From positions 1-27,155 of IMG/VR virus record IMGVR_UViG_3300020043_000557: 27,155 bases of DNA; one strand, written 5' to 3'. The position numbers and the translations under genes are program-made. Source of the stretch: a virus (Duplodnaviria; Caudoviricetes). Shown here one piece after another: positions 1 through 8,666 of the stretch (positions within the stretch are counted from its first letter, which is position 1; each line of letters opens with the position of its first letter). The notes beneath the pieces were generated by a model. It was not told the origin of the DNA and ran no database searches. It was given only the letters and a program-made list of their open reading frames with translations.

Positions 1-60
1 GCCATGATAATTTGGAAACTAACAAAACCACAGCAAACAGCGGCTATTTACTCCGAGTAG
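1..60 (+). CDS. terL: Terminase large subunit, C-terminal fragment (partial, enters from the window edge)
   Basis: Frame +1 reads AMIIWKLTKPQQTAAIYSE*, matching the B TerL C-terminus AMVVSMLLKPQQVAAIYTE*; not in the ORF track. Confidence 0.88.
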   Translation, partial: AMIIWKLTKPQQTAAIYSE

Positions 61-76
61 TGTATAATTGCCCTCT
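57..76 (+). promoter_or_regulatory. Putative late/structural promoter, TATAAT -10 element (probable leaderless portal mRNA)
   Basis: GTAGTGTATAATTGC conserved in both segments; TATAAT at 63-68 ends 8 nt before the ATG at 77; no SD. Confidence 0.65.
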
Positions 77-1174
77 ATGGGTCTATTCACGCGTAAGCCA
101 GAAGTCATTCAAGCGCAAGAAGCTCCAAGGGTCATGTCCGACTCTTATCTTTCTTTCGGTACTTACTATCCGACACTCGTTACACGCCAGCAAGCTCTAC
201 AGGTTCCCAGCATCAAGCGATGCCGCGATTTGATTTGTGGCACGATTGCTTCAATCCCTCTAGAGTATTATAAGAAATCTACTGGCGAGCATATTGCCGC
301 TCCTAGATGGGTAGAACAGCCATCTAAGTCACAGCCAAGATTTGAGACTCTCTATTTCACCCTTGACAGCCTTCTCATGTATGGGGTCAGTTACTGGCAG
401 ATTACCGAGACCTATCTTGAAGATAATCGAATGGCCAATGCTGAATGGGTAGCAAACAGCCGCGTAACATTTAATACAGATTCAACCAATAGCTTTGTAA
501 CTGAGTATTATCTTGATGGAAAACCATTACCGATGTCAGGTCTTGGATCTCTCATTACATTTCAGAAGGATGAAGGTATTCTCGCAGTAGGTGGTAGCAC
601 AATTAAGGCAGCCCTAGACGCGCAGAATGCAGCTAGTGTTGCACTTGCCACTCCATCTGCGACTGGTTTCCTAAAAAATTCAGGTGCGGATCTCCCACCA
701 GCAGAAGTTCAAGGATTACTTGCAGCTTGGTCCTCGGCCAGAAAAAACAGGTCCACGGCATATCTCACTTCCACTTTGAATTACGAAACTATTGGATTCA
801 GCCCTAAGGACATGGGCTATACGGACGCAATCCAGAATCTCGCAACGGAATGCGCCAGACTTTGCTCGGTTGATCCATATTATGTCAGCGCTTCGATGAA
901 CACAACCATGACTTATGCGAACGTACAGGATGAAAGAAAGCAGATGGTTGCTTTTACCCTTCAGCCTTATGTTTCAGCGATTGAGGCAAGACTGAGCATG
1001 GATGACATCTCTACTTCTGGTCACTATGTCAAATTTGCCCTTGATGATTCATTCTTGAGAACAGAGCCAATGGAGCGCCTTCTCGTACTTGAGAAGATGC
1101 TTGCACTTGGCCTTATTACAACTGAACAGGCAATGGAAATGGAAGACCTCTCACCTAACGGGAACGGCAGCTAA
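77..1174 (+). CDS. Portal protein (HK97-type)
   Basis: Position after terL; motifs RCRDLICGTIASIPL, LLMYGVSYW, TMTYANVQDE..LQPYVSAIE; start moved to ATG 77 (MGLFTRK) by comparison with B. Confidence 0.9.
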   Translation: MGLFTRKPEVIQAQEAPRVMSDSYLSFGTYYPTLVTRQQALQVPSIKRCRDLICGTIASIPLEYYKKSTGEHIAAPRWVEQPSKSQPRFETLYFTLDSLLMYGVSYWQITETYLEDNRMANAEWVANSRVTFNTDSTNSFVTEYYLDGKPLPMSGLGSLITFQKDEGILAVGGSTIKAALDAQNAASVALATPSATGFLKNSGADLPPAEVQGLLAAWSSARKNRSTAYLTSTLNYETIGFSPKDMGYTDAIQNLATECARLCSVDPYYVSASMNTTMTYANVQDERKQMVAFTLQPYVSAIEARLSMDDISTSGHYVKFALDDSFLRTEPMERLLVLEKMLALGLITTEQAMEMEDLSPNGNGS

Positions 1175-2718
1175 TGGAAACTCTATACATCGAAGCATCC
1201 TCAATTGAATGCTCAGAAGAACGTCGTGAAATCTCAGGCAAGATCGTGCCTCTAGGTACTGGCGAAATTGGTCACACCAATCTCGGCGCTTATACTTTCG
1301 CAGCTAACTCAATCGAGATTGCAGATCCAACCAAGATTCGTCTTTTATCGCAACATAACATGCAGAAACCGATCGGTAAAATGATCAGCGCTGAAACTCG
1401 CGAGGATGGGATTTATGCTGTCTTTCGTTTAAGTCGTAGCAGCGCTGGTACTGACGCCCTCATCATGGCACAAGAAGGACTAGTCACAGGTCTGTCAATC
1501 GGTGCGGAGATTATCGCATCTAAGCCATCTAAGGATGGTCACACAGTCGTTTCGGCGGCTAGGCTCAAAGAAGTTTCTCTAGTAACAGTTCCCGCATTTG
1601 CGTCGAGCGAAGTATTAGAGATCGCAGCAGAGGAAGTCATCCCTGCTGTAGAAACCTCAACAGAAACAGAAAGCGAGACAGTCGTGGAAGACACAACAGT
1701 CGAAGCAACACCAGTAGAAGCCGCGGCTGTAGAAGCTGCTCGCCCTACAGTAACAGCGATGGCATACACATCACCGCGCATTAACCTCAACATCACAGCT
1801 GGCGAATACGCCAAGGCACAACTCAGCGCATCACGCGGCGACGCAGATGCACGCGAACTTGTAGCAGCTCTTTCAGTTGCAACAGTTGCTGAGAACACAG
1901 GAATGGTTCCACCTACATACCTTAAGGATGTAATTGGTATCATTGACTCATCACGTCCGTTTATTGACTCAATCGAGCGCGCAGCCCTACCTGCTTCTGG
2001 GATGAAGATTTTCACTCCTAAGCTCGGAGTACAGGCAGCAGTAGATCTAACAGCAGAAGGTGCAGAGTTTGCATCTGCTGACACAACAGTTACCTTCCAA
2101 GAGGATAATGTAGTTAAGTTCGCGGGCGCTGGCGTCCTCGATTTAGAGTTGGTAGATCGCTCTGACCCAAGCTTCCTTGACCTCTATCTCCGCGAGTTGG
2201 CTGCAAGCTACGCTCAGAAGACAGATCAGTACGCAGCGAAGATCGCAGCAGACGGATCATCTGATTCATCATCTTCAACAATCTACAAGGCTATTGCTAA
2301 GTCGATTGCTGATTCATTCGGCGTAATGCGCCAGACACCTAACAACCTTCTTGTTGCCACATCTGGCGGAAACGACAATGTGGACTTTGCAAGTCTTCTT
2401 GGAGAAGTTGATTCAACAGGTCGCCCACTATACGCAGCAGCAGCACCTCAGAATGCTAACGGCGTAATCACACAGGGATCAACAAACGGCACAGTCGCAG
2501 GACTCAACCTCGTTGTTGACCCTAACTACACAGGTGGAACATCTAACATCAAGGTAGGCCTTGTCTATCCTTCAATGGCAATGCGATTCCACGAAAGCGG
2601 AACGCTTCAAATCCGCACCAATGTTGTCTCTAACGGACAGCTTGAAATCGGAATCTACGGATACGTTGCAGTAGTCAATCGCTACCCTACAGCATTCCGC
2701 GCAGTACAAGTTGCTTAA
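1174..2718 (+). CDS. Fused prohead protease (HK97/S78-like) - acidic linker - major capsid protein
   Basis: N-terminal LLSQH, GLSIG and LKEVSLV..PAF catalytic-type motifs; E/T/A-rich linker; C-terminal HK97-fold capsid motifs (GRPLY, GTVAGLNLVVDP). Confidence 0.88.
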   Translation: METLYIEASSIECSEERREISGKIVPLGTGEIGHTNLGAYTFAANSIEIADPTKIRLLSQHNMQKPIGKMISAETREDGIYAVFRLSRSSAGTDALIMAQEGLVTGLSIGAEIIASKPSKDGHTVVSAARLKEVSLVTVPAFASSEVLEIAAEEVIPAVETSTETESETVVEDTTVEATPVEAAAVEAARPTVTAMAYTSPRINLNITAGEYAKAQLSASRGDADARELVAALSVATVAENTGMVPPTYLKDVIGIIDSSRPFIDSIERAALPASGMKIFTPKLGVQAAVDLTAEGAEFASADTTVTFQEDNVVKFAGAGVLDLELVDRSDPSFLDLYLRELAASYAQKTDQYAAKIAADGSSDSSSSTIYKAIAKSIADSFGVMRQTPNNLLVATSGGNDNVDFASLLGEVDSTGRPLYAAAAPQNANGVITQGSTNGTVAGLNLVVDPNYTGGTSNIKVGLVYPSMAMRFHESGTLQIRTNVVSNGQLEIGIYGYVAVVNRYPTAFRAVQVA

Positions 2719-2737
2719 TAAGTAACACCCTAAGTCG

Positions 2738-2773
2738 CTGGCAGGGTAGTGCCCTTCTACCCTGCCAGTCTTT
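2738..2773 (+). terminator. Post-capsid hairpin (terminator/attenuator-like), 12-bp stem with TGCCCTT loop
   Basis: CTGGCAGGGTAG-tgccctt-CTACCCTGCCAG followed by TCTTT; covarying counterpart at 23119-23151. Confidence 0.75.
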
Positions 2774-2787
2774 AGAAAGGTTAATAA

Positions 2788-3366
2788 ATGGCTCTCACGA
2801 CAGTCAGCGAGTTAAGAACCGCACTTGGAGTTGGCACGCTGTATTCAGACGCGACCCTTCAATCTGTCTGCGACGCCTCAGATAATGTTTTGCTACCTTT
2901 TATCTGGAACAATTCAACTTTTAATATTGCTCACAGCAACACAACCAACACAGGCACTCTTTACTTTGAAGCGCCAGTTTATGACACATTTTATGTGGGT
3001 CAGCAAGTAGTCGTATCTGGCAACGGATCAAAACATAACGGCTCAAAGACGATCACAGCGGTAAGCGATTATTCGATCACTTATGCCATCACAGGCAACA
3101 ACAACACAGCCGCGCCTTACCATCCAGTTAATCCTTTCGGAACAGTCGCAGGCGAAACCTATCTCGATCCTGCAACAATCCCAGCGATCCAAGAAGCATC
3201 TCTCATGGTTGCCATAACAATCTGGCAGGCAAGGCAATCCCCAAGCGGTCAATCTGTTTCTCTCGATGGATTCCAACCAAGCCCATTCACAATGTCCGCG
3301 ACACTCGTGGCCAGAGTGCGTGGCTTACTTGCGCCTTATCTTGATCCGCGTTCACAGGTGGGCTAA
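2788..3366 (+). CDS. Head-tail connector/adaptor protein with an inserted beta-rich domain
   Basis: Follows the capsid gene; N-terminal MALTTVSELRTALG and C-terminal IQEASLM..VRGLLAPY typical of gp6/gp15-like adaptors; AGAAAGG SD. Confidence 0.72.
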   Translation: MALTTVSELRTALGVGTLYSDATLQSVCDASDNVLLPFIWNNSTFNIAHSNTTNTGTLYFEAPVYDTFYVGQQVVVSGNGSKHNGSKTITAVSDYSITYAITGNNNTAAPYHPVNPFGTVAGETYLDPATIPAIQEASLMVAITIWQARQSPSGQSVSLDGFQPSPFTMSATLVARVRGLLAPYLDPRSQVG

Positions 3367-3755
3367 TGGCCGCCATCTCAACACTTCGCGCAGGCATCGC
3401 CTCAGCTCTCACAGATAACACAAAGTATTCAGTATTTAGTTTTCCACCTGCGACAGTAATCGCTAACAGCGTCATAGTCAGCCCTTCTGATCCTTATATC
3501 TCGCCGTCTAACGGATGGCATAGCACGATTTCACCAATGGCTAATTTCACAATCTCAATCATGGTTCCCTTGCTAGACAATGAAGGCAACCTCAACGGAA
3601 TTGAAGACGACATCGTTCGGGTTTTTAACCTGCTCGCTGCATCTTCATACACTTATAACGTCACAGAGGTATCGGCTCCAGCCGTACTGAATGCCGTTTC
3701 AGGTGATCTACTAACATGTAATATAAATATCTCAGTCCTAACGAGTTGGAGCTAA
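3366..3755 (+). CDS. Putative tail terminator/tail completion protein
   Basis: 129 aa just upstream of the major tail gene; only 7 differences from the B copy; function by synteny. Confidence 0.6.
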   Translation: MAAISTLRAGIASALTDNTKYSVFSFPPATVIANSVIVSPSDPYISPSNGWHSTISPMANFTISIMVPLLDNEGNLNGIEDDIVRVFNLLAASSYTYNVTEVSAPAVLNAVSGDLLTCNINISVLTSWS

Positions 3756-3756
3756 A

Positions 3757-3852
3757 ATGTCCGAGTGGGAAAAAGAGCAAGAAGCCTTCCTGAAGAAGAT
3801 CGGGCAGGTAGCACCATCTAAGCCAGTAACTACTAAGAAAGACGAGGAATAA
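3757..3852 (+). CDS. Conserved 31-aa micro-protein (MSEWEKEQEAFLKKIGQVAPSKPVTTKKDEE)
   Basis: Fills the gap between neighbouring genes; GGAG SD; B homolog differs by an in-frame 6-nt indel; below the ORF-track cutoff. Confidence 0.75.
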   Translation: MSEWEKEQEAFLKKIGQVAPSKPVTTKKDEE

Positions 3853-3856
3853 TCTC

Positions 3857-4276
3857 ATGGCTGTATTTCTAAGCAACAAGGTCGGCGTGAAGGTAAACTC
3901 TGTCGATCTTTCAGACCACGTTACCGCAGTAACACTTAACCGCGCATTTGATGAGCTAGAAGTCACCGCAATGGGTGACTCAGGCCACAAGTTTGTCAAG
4001 GGTCTTGAGGCATCATCAGTCACAATCGACTTCCTTAACGACACAGCTTCTGCAAACGTACTAGCTACATTGCAGGCAGCATGGGGAACAAACGTCACAA
4101 TCGTTCTACTCCAAGAAAAGGGAACCGCAGTATCTGCGACCAACCCTCTCTACACAATGACCTGCCTTATCAACAACACCACAGACATCAACGGCGCAGT
4201 AGGCGACCTAAGTACCCAAAGTTTGTCCTTTAATGTCTCTGGTACTATCGCAGTCACCACAACAGGCACATTCTAA
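3857..4276 (+). CDS. Major tail (tube) protein
   Basis: 139 aa with VDLSDHV..DELEVTAMGD..FVKGL tail-tube-like motif; upstream of chaperone and TMP; GAGGA SD. Confidence 0.82.
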   Translation: MAVFLSNKVGVKVNSVDLSDHVTAVTLNRAFDELEVTAMGDSGHKFVKGLEASSVTIDFLNDTASANVLATLQAAWGTNVTIVLLQEKGTAVSATNPLYTMTCLINNTTDINGAVGDLSTQSLSFNVSGTIAVTTTGTF

Positions 4277-4299
4277 GAAACTAAACAAAGGGGCACAAC

Positions 4300-4557
4300 A
4301 TGGCAAAGTTAATAGTCACAATGGCAGACGACAGCGTTACCAATATCGAGATCACACCTCGACTGGAGTACGCGTTCGAGCTATATGCTAAAAAGGGATT
4401 TCACAAAGCGTTTCGCGATGATGAAAAGCAATCAGATGTCTATTGGTTGGCATGGGAAGGCCTTCGACTAAGTGGAGTCACAGTCAAGCCATTCGGCCCA
4501 GACTTTCTCGAAACTCTAAAGAGTGTAGAGGTTGCTGAGTCAGACCCTTTGGCTTAG
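4300..4557 (+). CDS. Tail assembly chaperone (gpG-like)
   Basis: Between major tail and TMP; ends in slippery heptamer CCCTTTG (4545-4551). Confidence 0.8.
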   Translation: MAKLIVTMADDSVTNIEITPRLEYAFELYAKKGFHKAFRDDEKQSDVYWLAWEGLRLSGVTVKPFGPDFLETLKSVEVAESDPLA

Positions 4558-4724
4558 GGCGGGATAGCATCCACTACCTTATTGCTCGCTTGAGCATTGA
4601 GACGGCTATCCCACCCCAATCTTTAATAGATTTAGATTCATCTATGCTTCAGATGTTACTGAAAGCATTGAAAGACCGAGCAAAGGAGCAACAGGATGCC
4701 TACAGAAGTAAGCGGCGCTCTTGA
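4300..4724 (+). CDS. Tail assembly chaperone, -1 frameshift-extended form (gpGT-like)
   Basis: The -1 frame after C CCT TTG is open for 58 codons (FGLGRDSIHYLIARLSIETAIPP...AYRSKRRS*), has no start of its own near the beginning and is conserved in B with synonymous changes. Confidence 0.8.
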
Positions 4725-5346
4725 GGTTCGTAAAGCTCTAAAGCAATTTTCTCCTATCTTGGCTAAAGAGTCAGAAAAAGAAATACGCAATCTGCTCAAG
4801 GTAGTAGTAAGAAACGCCAGAGGATTTGTTCCTAGCGAGGCTCCGCTATCTGGCTGGGGCAACGCGGTAGGAATCTGGGAAAATCGCGTGTTTAGCAGTA
4901 GCGACATCAAGCGAGGTCTTGGATATACCACTACTCCGTCTAAGCCTAATAAAAGAGGCTTTAGATCGCTAGCTACTATCTATAACAAATCTGCTGCTGG
5001 TGCTATTTATGAAACCGCTGGCCGCAAGAATCCATTTGGTCAACCAACTCAGGCGTCCACCAAGGGCGTGTTTAGCTCTTATATTGACACCTCAAACAAG
5101 GTAAACAAATCAGCCAACCCTAACGCAGGCCGCCAGTTTATTGAGGCAATGCCGCCGCTAGTCGATAGCCAGCAGTCAAACGTGGCAGGCCGTCGTACCC
5201 GTAAAACTAAAGGCCGTTTGCTCTTTAGAGCGTGGGCAGAAGATCAAGGCAAGACTAACGCAGCCGTAATGAAGGCTATTGAGAAGTCAATGGACACAGC
5301 TCTTAAAGTCACTAAAGGCTTTAACATAGATTTCAGAGGTCGATAG
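4696..5346 (+). CDS. Basic virion morphogenesis protein, possibly HK97 gp10-like neck/tail component
   Basis: AAGGAG SD; conserved in B; V.G..E.RKAL and GRLLFRAW termini resemble gp10-like proteins; family call tentative. Confidence 0.5.
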   Translation: MPTEVSGALEVRKALKQFSPILAKESEKEIRNLLKVVVRNARGFVPSEAPLSGWGNAVGIWENRVFSSSDIKRGLGYTTTPSKPNKRGFRSLATIYNKSAAGAIYETAGRKNPFGQPTQASTKGVFSSYIDTSNKVNKSANPNAGRQFIEAMPPLVDSQQSNVAGRRTRKTKGRLLFRAWAEDQGKTNAAVMKAIEKSMDTALKVTKGFNIDFRGR

Positions 5347-7023
5347 ATGTCAGCAAACACTACTTTAGCAATCAGAATTGCCTCGATCTTTGACAACAAA
5401 GGACTTAAAGGCGCGCAAAAAGGCGTCAAGGATCTGCAAGGAACTGTTAAGAAGTTAGCAGGCGCAGCAGGCATTGGTCTATCTACCGCTGCTGTTATAA
5501 ACTTTGGCAAGGCCGCCGCTAAGGCATTTATTGCCGATGAGAAAGCCGCAAGTCGATTGGCCATGTCAGTCAAGAATCTTGGCCTAGGATTTGAGACAGT
5601 ACGCATCGAAAAATTCATTTCGGGCTTATCTGAAGCGTCGGGTGTGACCGACGACGTTCTTCGTCCGAGTATGCAGAAACTATTGCAGACCACAAATTCA
5701 GTTGCCAAGTCTCAAGAGTTACTGACTCAGGCTCTAGACATTTCACGCGGCAGCGGCATAGATTACGAAACTGTTGTTTCAGATTTGACCGCAGCCTACC
5801 TAGGTCAGACTAAAGGACTAACTAAGTATTCTTTAGGTCTTACCAAGGCTGAACTAAAGACAATGAGTTTTGCGGAAATTCAAGCTAAGCTGACTGATGA
5901 ATTTAAGGGTGCTAATGCCCAATATTTGACCACTTACGCTGGCAAGATGGAATTGCTTAACACAGCAGCAGGTGAAGCTCAAGAAACAATCGGTAAAGGT
6001 CTGGTTGACGCTCTTTCTTTATTAGCAGGACAAGGCAACACAGTTCAACCTTTAGCCGATTCCATGGCTGACTTTAGCGTTTATGTTTCCGATGCCATTG
6101 TAGGCGTTGCAGTTTTGGTTGATAAACTAAAGAAGATTCCTGGAATGGGTGAATCTAATGCTGTCAGCAAAGGCAGCTTTGCAATGTTTCCCAGCCTTGC
6201 CTCTCTGGCTATTCTCAAAAAGGGTCTTGATTATGTAAGCAAGACAGGCGCAGAATATCAAGCGCTTACTAATCCAGTTACTCAAGGTTATCTAGGTTCA
6301 ATGCCTGTTGGTATTTATCCAACAGCTGCTGAACTAGCCAAGCAAAAGCAAATGGAAAAGGACAGACTCAAGCTAGAAAAAGAACGAGCCGCCTTGCAAA
6401 AAAAGGCTAATACTGAAGCCAAGAAAAAGGCAGCACTAGATAAAGCATCCCAGACCTTAGATCTAGAAGGTATCGGAATCACCGCTGCACTAAAAGGCAA
6501 GATCAGCGAGACTGATCGGATCTCACTTGAACTACAGAAAGCCATTCTTGCAGGCAATGCAACGCTAGCGACTCAGTTATCTGATCAACTTGAAGCAGCG
6601 ATTAAGCGCAATAACGAACTTCGTCAATCTCTACTAGCGACTCCAGAAGCTCCTAATCCTTTTAGGAACTGGAAGATTCCAGCGCTTGATTATGGTGGAA
6701 ACAAATTAGGCACAGCCTTGCCGCCAAACTTTACGCCGCCTTCTTATCCAGAGCCATCACCTACGCCTCAAGGCCCTAAACCTTTTGTACCGCCAAGCAT
6801 ATCCAATGTACCTAGCGATAGTTACACCCAGTACGGCCCTCTAGGCGGCCTAGCTGCTGGAGTCATTGCTGGCGTAAATATGCAACCGCCAGTTAGCGTA
6901 ACAGTCACCCTCGATGGTAAAGAATTGACTTCAATTATTACTGATACACAGATTAACGACACTCTTTCAGGTTCTTTCAGTTCTGTTAATCGTTCAGGAT
7001 TTAAGGGAGCGGTAGCGATCTAA
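5347..7023 (+). CDS. Tape measure protein (short, 558 aa)
   Basis: Longest tail ORF; Ala/Lys/Leu-rich helical sequence; Pro-rich C-terminus with VTVTLDGKEL; follows the chaperone genes. Confidence 0.85.
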   Translation: MSANTTLAIRIASIFDNKGLKGAQKGVKDLQGTVKKLAGAAGIGLSTAAVINFGKAAAKAFIADEKAASRLAMSVKNLGLGFETVRIEKFISGLSEASGVTDDVLRPSMQKLLQTTNSVAKSQELLTQALDISRGSGIDYETVVSDLTAAYLGQTKGLTKYSLGLTKAELKTMSFAEIQAKLTDEFKGANAQYLTTYAGKMELLNTAAGEAQETIGKGLVDALSLLAGQGNTVQPLADSMADFSVYVSDAIVGVAVLVDKLKKIPGMGESNAVSKGSFAMFPSLASLAILKKGLDYVSKTGAEYQALTNPVTQGYLGSMPVGIYPTAAELAKQKQMEKDRLKLEKERAALQKKANTEAKKKAALDKASQTLDLEGIGITAALKGKISETDRISLELQKAILAGNATLATQLSDQLEAAIKRNNELRQSLLATPEAPNPFRNWKIPALDYGGNKLGTALPPNFTPPSYPEPSPTPQGPKPFVPPSISNVPSDSYTQYGPLGGLAAGVIAGVNMQPPVSVTVTLDGKELTSIITDTQINDTLSGSFSSVNRSGFKGAVAI

Positions 7024-8267
7024 TGGCCCTACCTGCCAGTATCTCGGTTTCATTCGACTTTAGCCAAGGTGCTACTTTCGGGTATCCGTTTACTATTGGC
7101 GATCCTATCAACGGAGTTATCGGCGTATCTCAATTCGCAGCGACAGAAGTTCCTGATCCAGTAGTGGATCTCAGCGACGTTACTCGATCTATTAAGATCA
7201 GCCGCGGACGCAACATCATGCGAGATACCTATGAATCTGGATCATGCACAGTCCGAGTTTTAGACCCTAATTCTTATTTTAATCCACAGAATACATCAAG
7301 CCCCTATTTCGGCTATCTGACTCCACTTCGCAAGATCCGCGTAGCGGCTACTACTGCAACTACTCAGAATTTTTTATTTTCAGGCTATGTCGATTCCTAC
7401 CAGTATTACTATCCAACAGGTCAAGAAATCGGATATGTCGATATCATCTGTAACGATGCCTTTAGACTCTTTCAGATGGCTAACGTCGCGAGCGTAAGCG
7501 GAGCAACCGCAGGCCAGACCACAGGCACACGCATTACCAAAATTCTAGATCAAGTCTCATTCCCTACTTCCATGAGAATTACAGACACAGGATCAACAAC
7601 TGTTCAGGCAGATCCAGCCACAGCTCGCACAGCCCTTGCCGCCCTAAAGGCAGCAGAGTTTGCAGAGCAGGGCGCATTCTTTATTCGTACAGATGGAACA
7701 GCCGAGTTTAAGGATCGTACCGATGTCGTGGGATCTCTAGCTGCTGCTCCCATCGAGTTTAACCAGACTACAGGCATTCCATATTCAGACCTCAAATACG
7801 CCTTTGATGACAAGCTCATTGTCAATCAAGCCAGCATGACACGCATCGGCGGTTCGGCTCAGACCGCGGTAAACGTCGATTCATCGGCCAAGTATTTCCC
7901 TCACGGCACAACAATTACAGACATGATCCCAGAGACAGATGCTCAAGTTCTAGACATTGCCAAAATCTATGTAGCGACTAGAGCTGAGACTACAATCCGC
8001 ATAGACGCCATGACTGTTGATCTACTTGATCCAGCAGTACCGACTGACACAATGATTGGCCTCGACTATTTTGATTCTGTGAAAATTACGAATGAGCAGC
8101 CAGACGGATCTACAATTGTCAAGACTTTGCAAGTCCAAGGATTAGCATGGGATATAACCCCTAACAGTATGAAATGCACAGTAACAACACTTGAGCCAAT
8201 CGTGGAAGGATTCATTATAGGATCTTCTACGTCGGGTATAATAGGCACGTCCATAATGGGATACTAG
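7023..8267 (+). CDS. Minor tail/tail-tip (baseplate hub-like) protein
   Basis: Directly after TMP; ISRGR..DTYESG.CTVRVLDPN motif of actinophage-like minor tail proteins; homolog in B. Confidence 0.7.
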   Translation: MALPASISVSFDFSQGATFGYPFTIGDPINGVIGVSQFAATEVPDPVVDLSDVTRSIKISRGRNIMRDTYESGSCTVRVLDPNSYFNPQNTSSPYFGYLTPLRKIRVAATTATTQNFLFSGYVDSYQYYYPTGQEIGYVDIICNDAFRLFQMANVASVSGATAGQTTGTRITKILDQVSFPTSMRITDTGSTTVQADPATARTALAALKAAEFAEQGAFFIRTDGTAEFKDRTDVVGSLAAAPIEFNQTTGIPYSDLKYAFDDKLIVNQASMTRIGGSAQTAVNVDSSAKYFPHGTTITDMIPETDAQVLDIAKIYVATRAETTIRIDAMTVDLLDPAVPTDTMIGLDYFDSVKITNEQPDGSTIVKTLQVQGLAWDITPNSMKCTVTTLEPIVEGFIIGSSTSGIIGTSIMGY

Positions 8268-8276
8268 GAGAAAATC

Positions 8277-8666
8277 ATGGCAGAAGGCTTTCCAGCGACA
8301 ACAGGCGACATCTTTACCGCCGCAGACTATAACGGCCTAGTAGCCTTTACTATCGGCGCAGCCAATACAGTCGACTATACGGCGGTAATTGCAGACGCTT
8401 ATCAGGTCTGCGAGCTTATGAACAAGGCTACGGCCATCAACTTTCTTATCCCTACCAATGCCTCTGTAGCCTTCCCTATCGGCACAGTCCTTACAGTCCT
8501 CAACATCGGCCTCGGCACTTGCACGATCAAGGCAGTCACTTCTGGCACAACTGCAGTCCTTTCGGCTGGTGCAGTACCTGCTCAACCTACCCTTGCTCAA
8601 TATAAGTCAGCAGCCTGCATCAAGACAGGCACAGATACTTGGTACGTCGTAGGTGCGATCGCCTAA
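8277..8666 (+). CDS. Tail-fibre-associated structural protein
   Basis: AGGAGA SD; IPTNASVAFPIGT..IKTGTDTWYVVG motif common in phage fibre/appendage proteins. Confidence 0.6.
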   Translation: MAEGFPATTGDIFTAADYNGLVAFTIGAANTVDYTAVIADAYQVCELMNKATAINFLIPTNASVAFPIGTVLTVLNIGLGTCTIKAVTSGTTAVLSAGAVPAQPTLAQYKSAACIKTGTDTWYVVGAIA

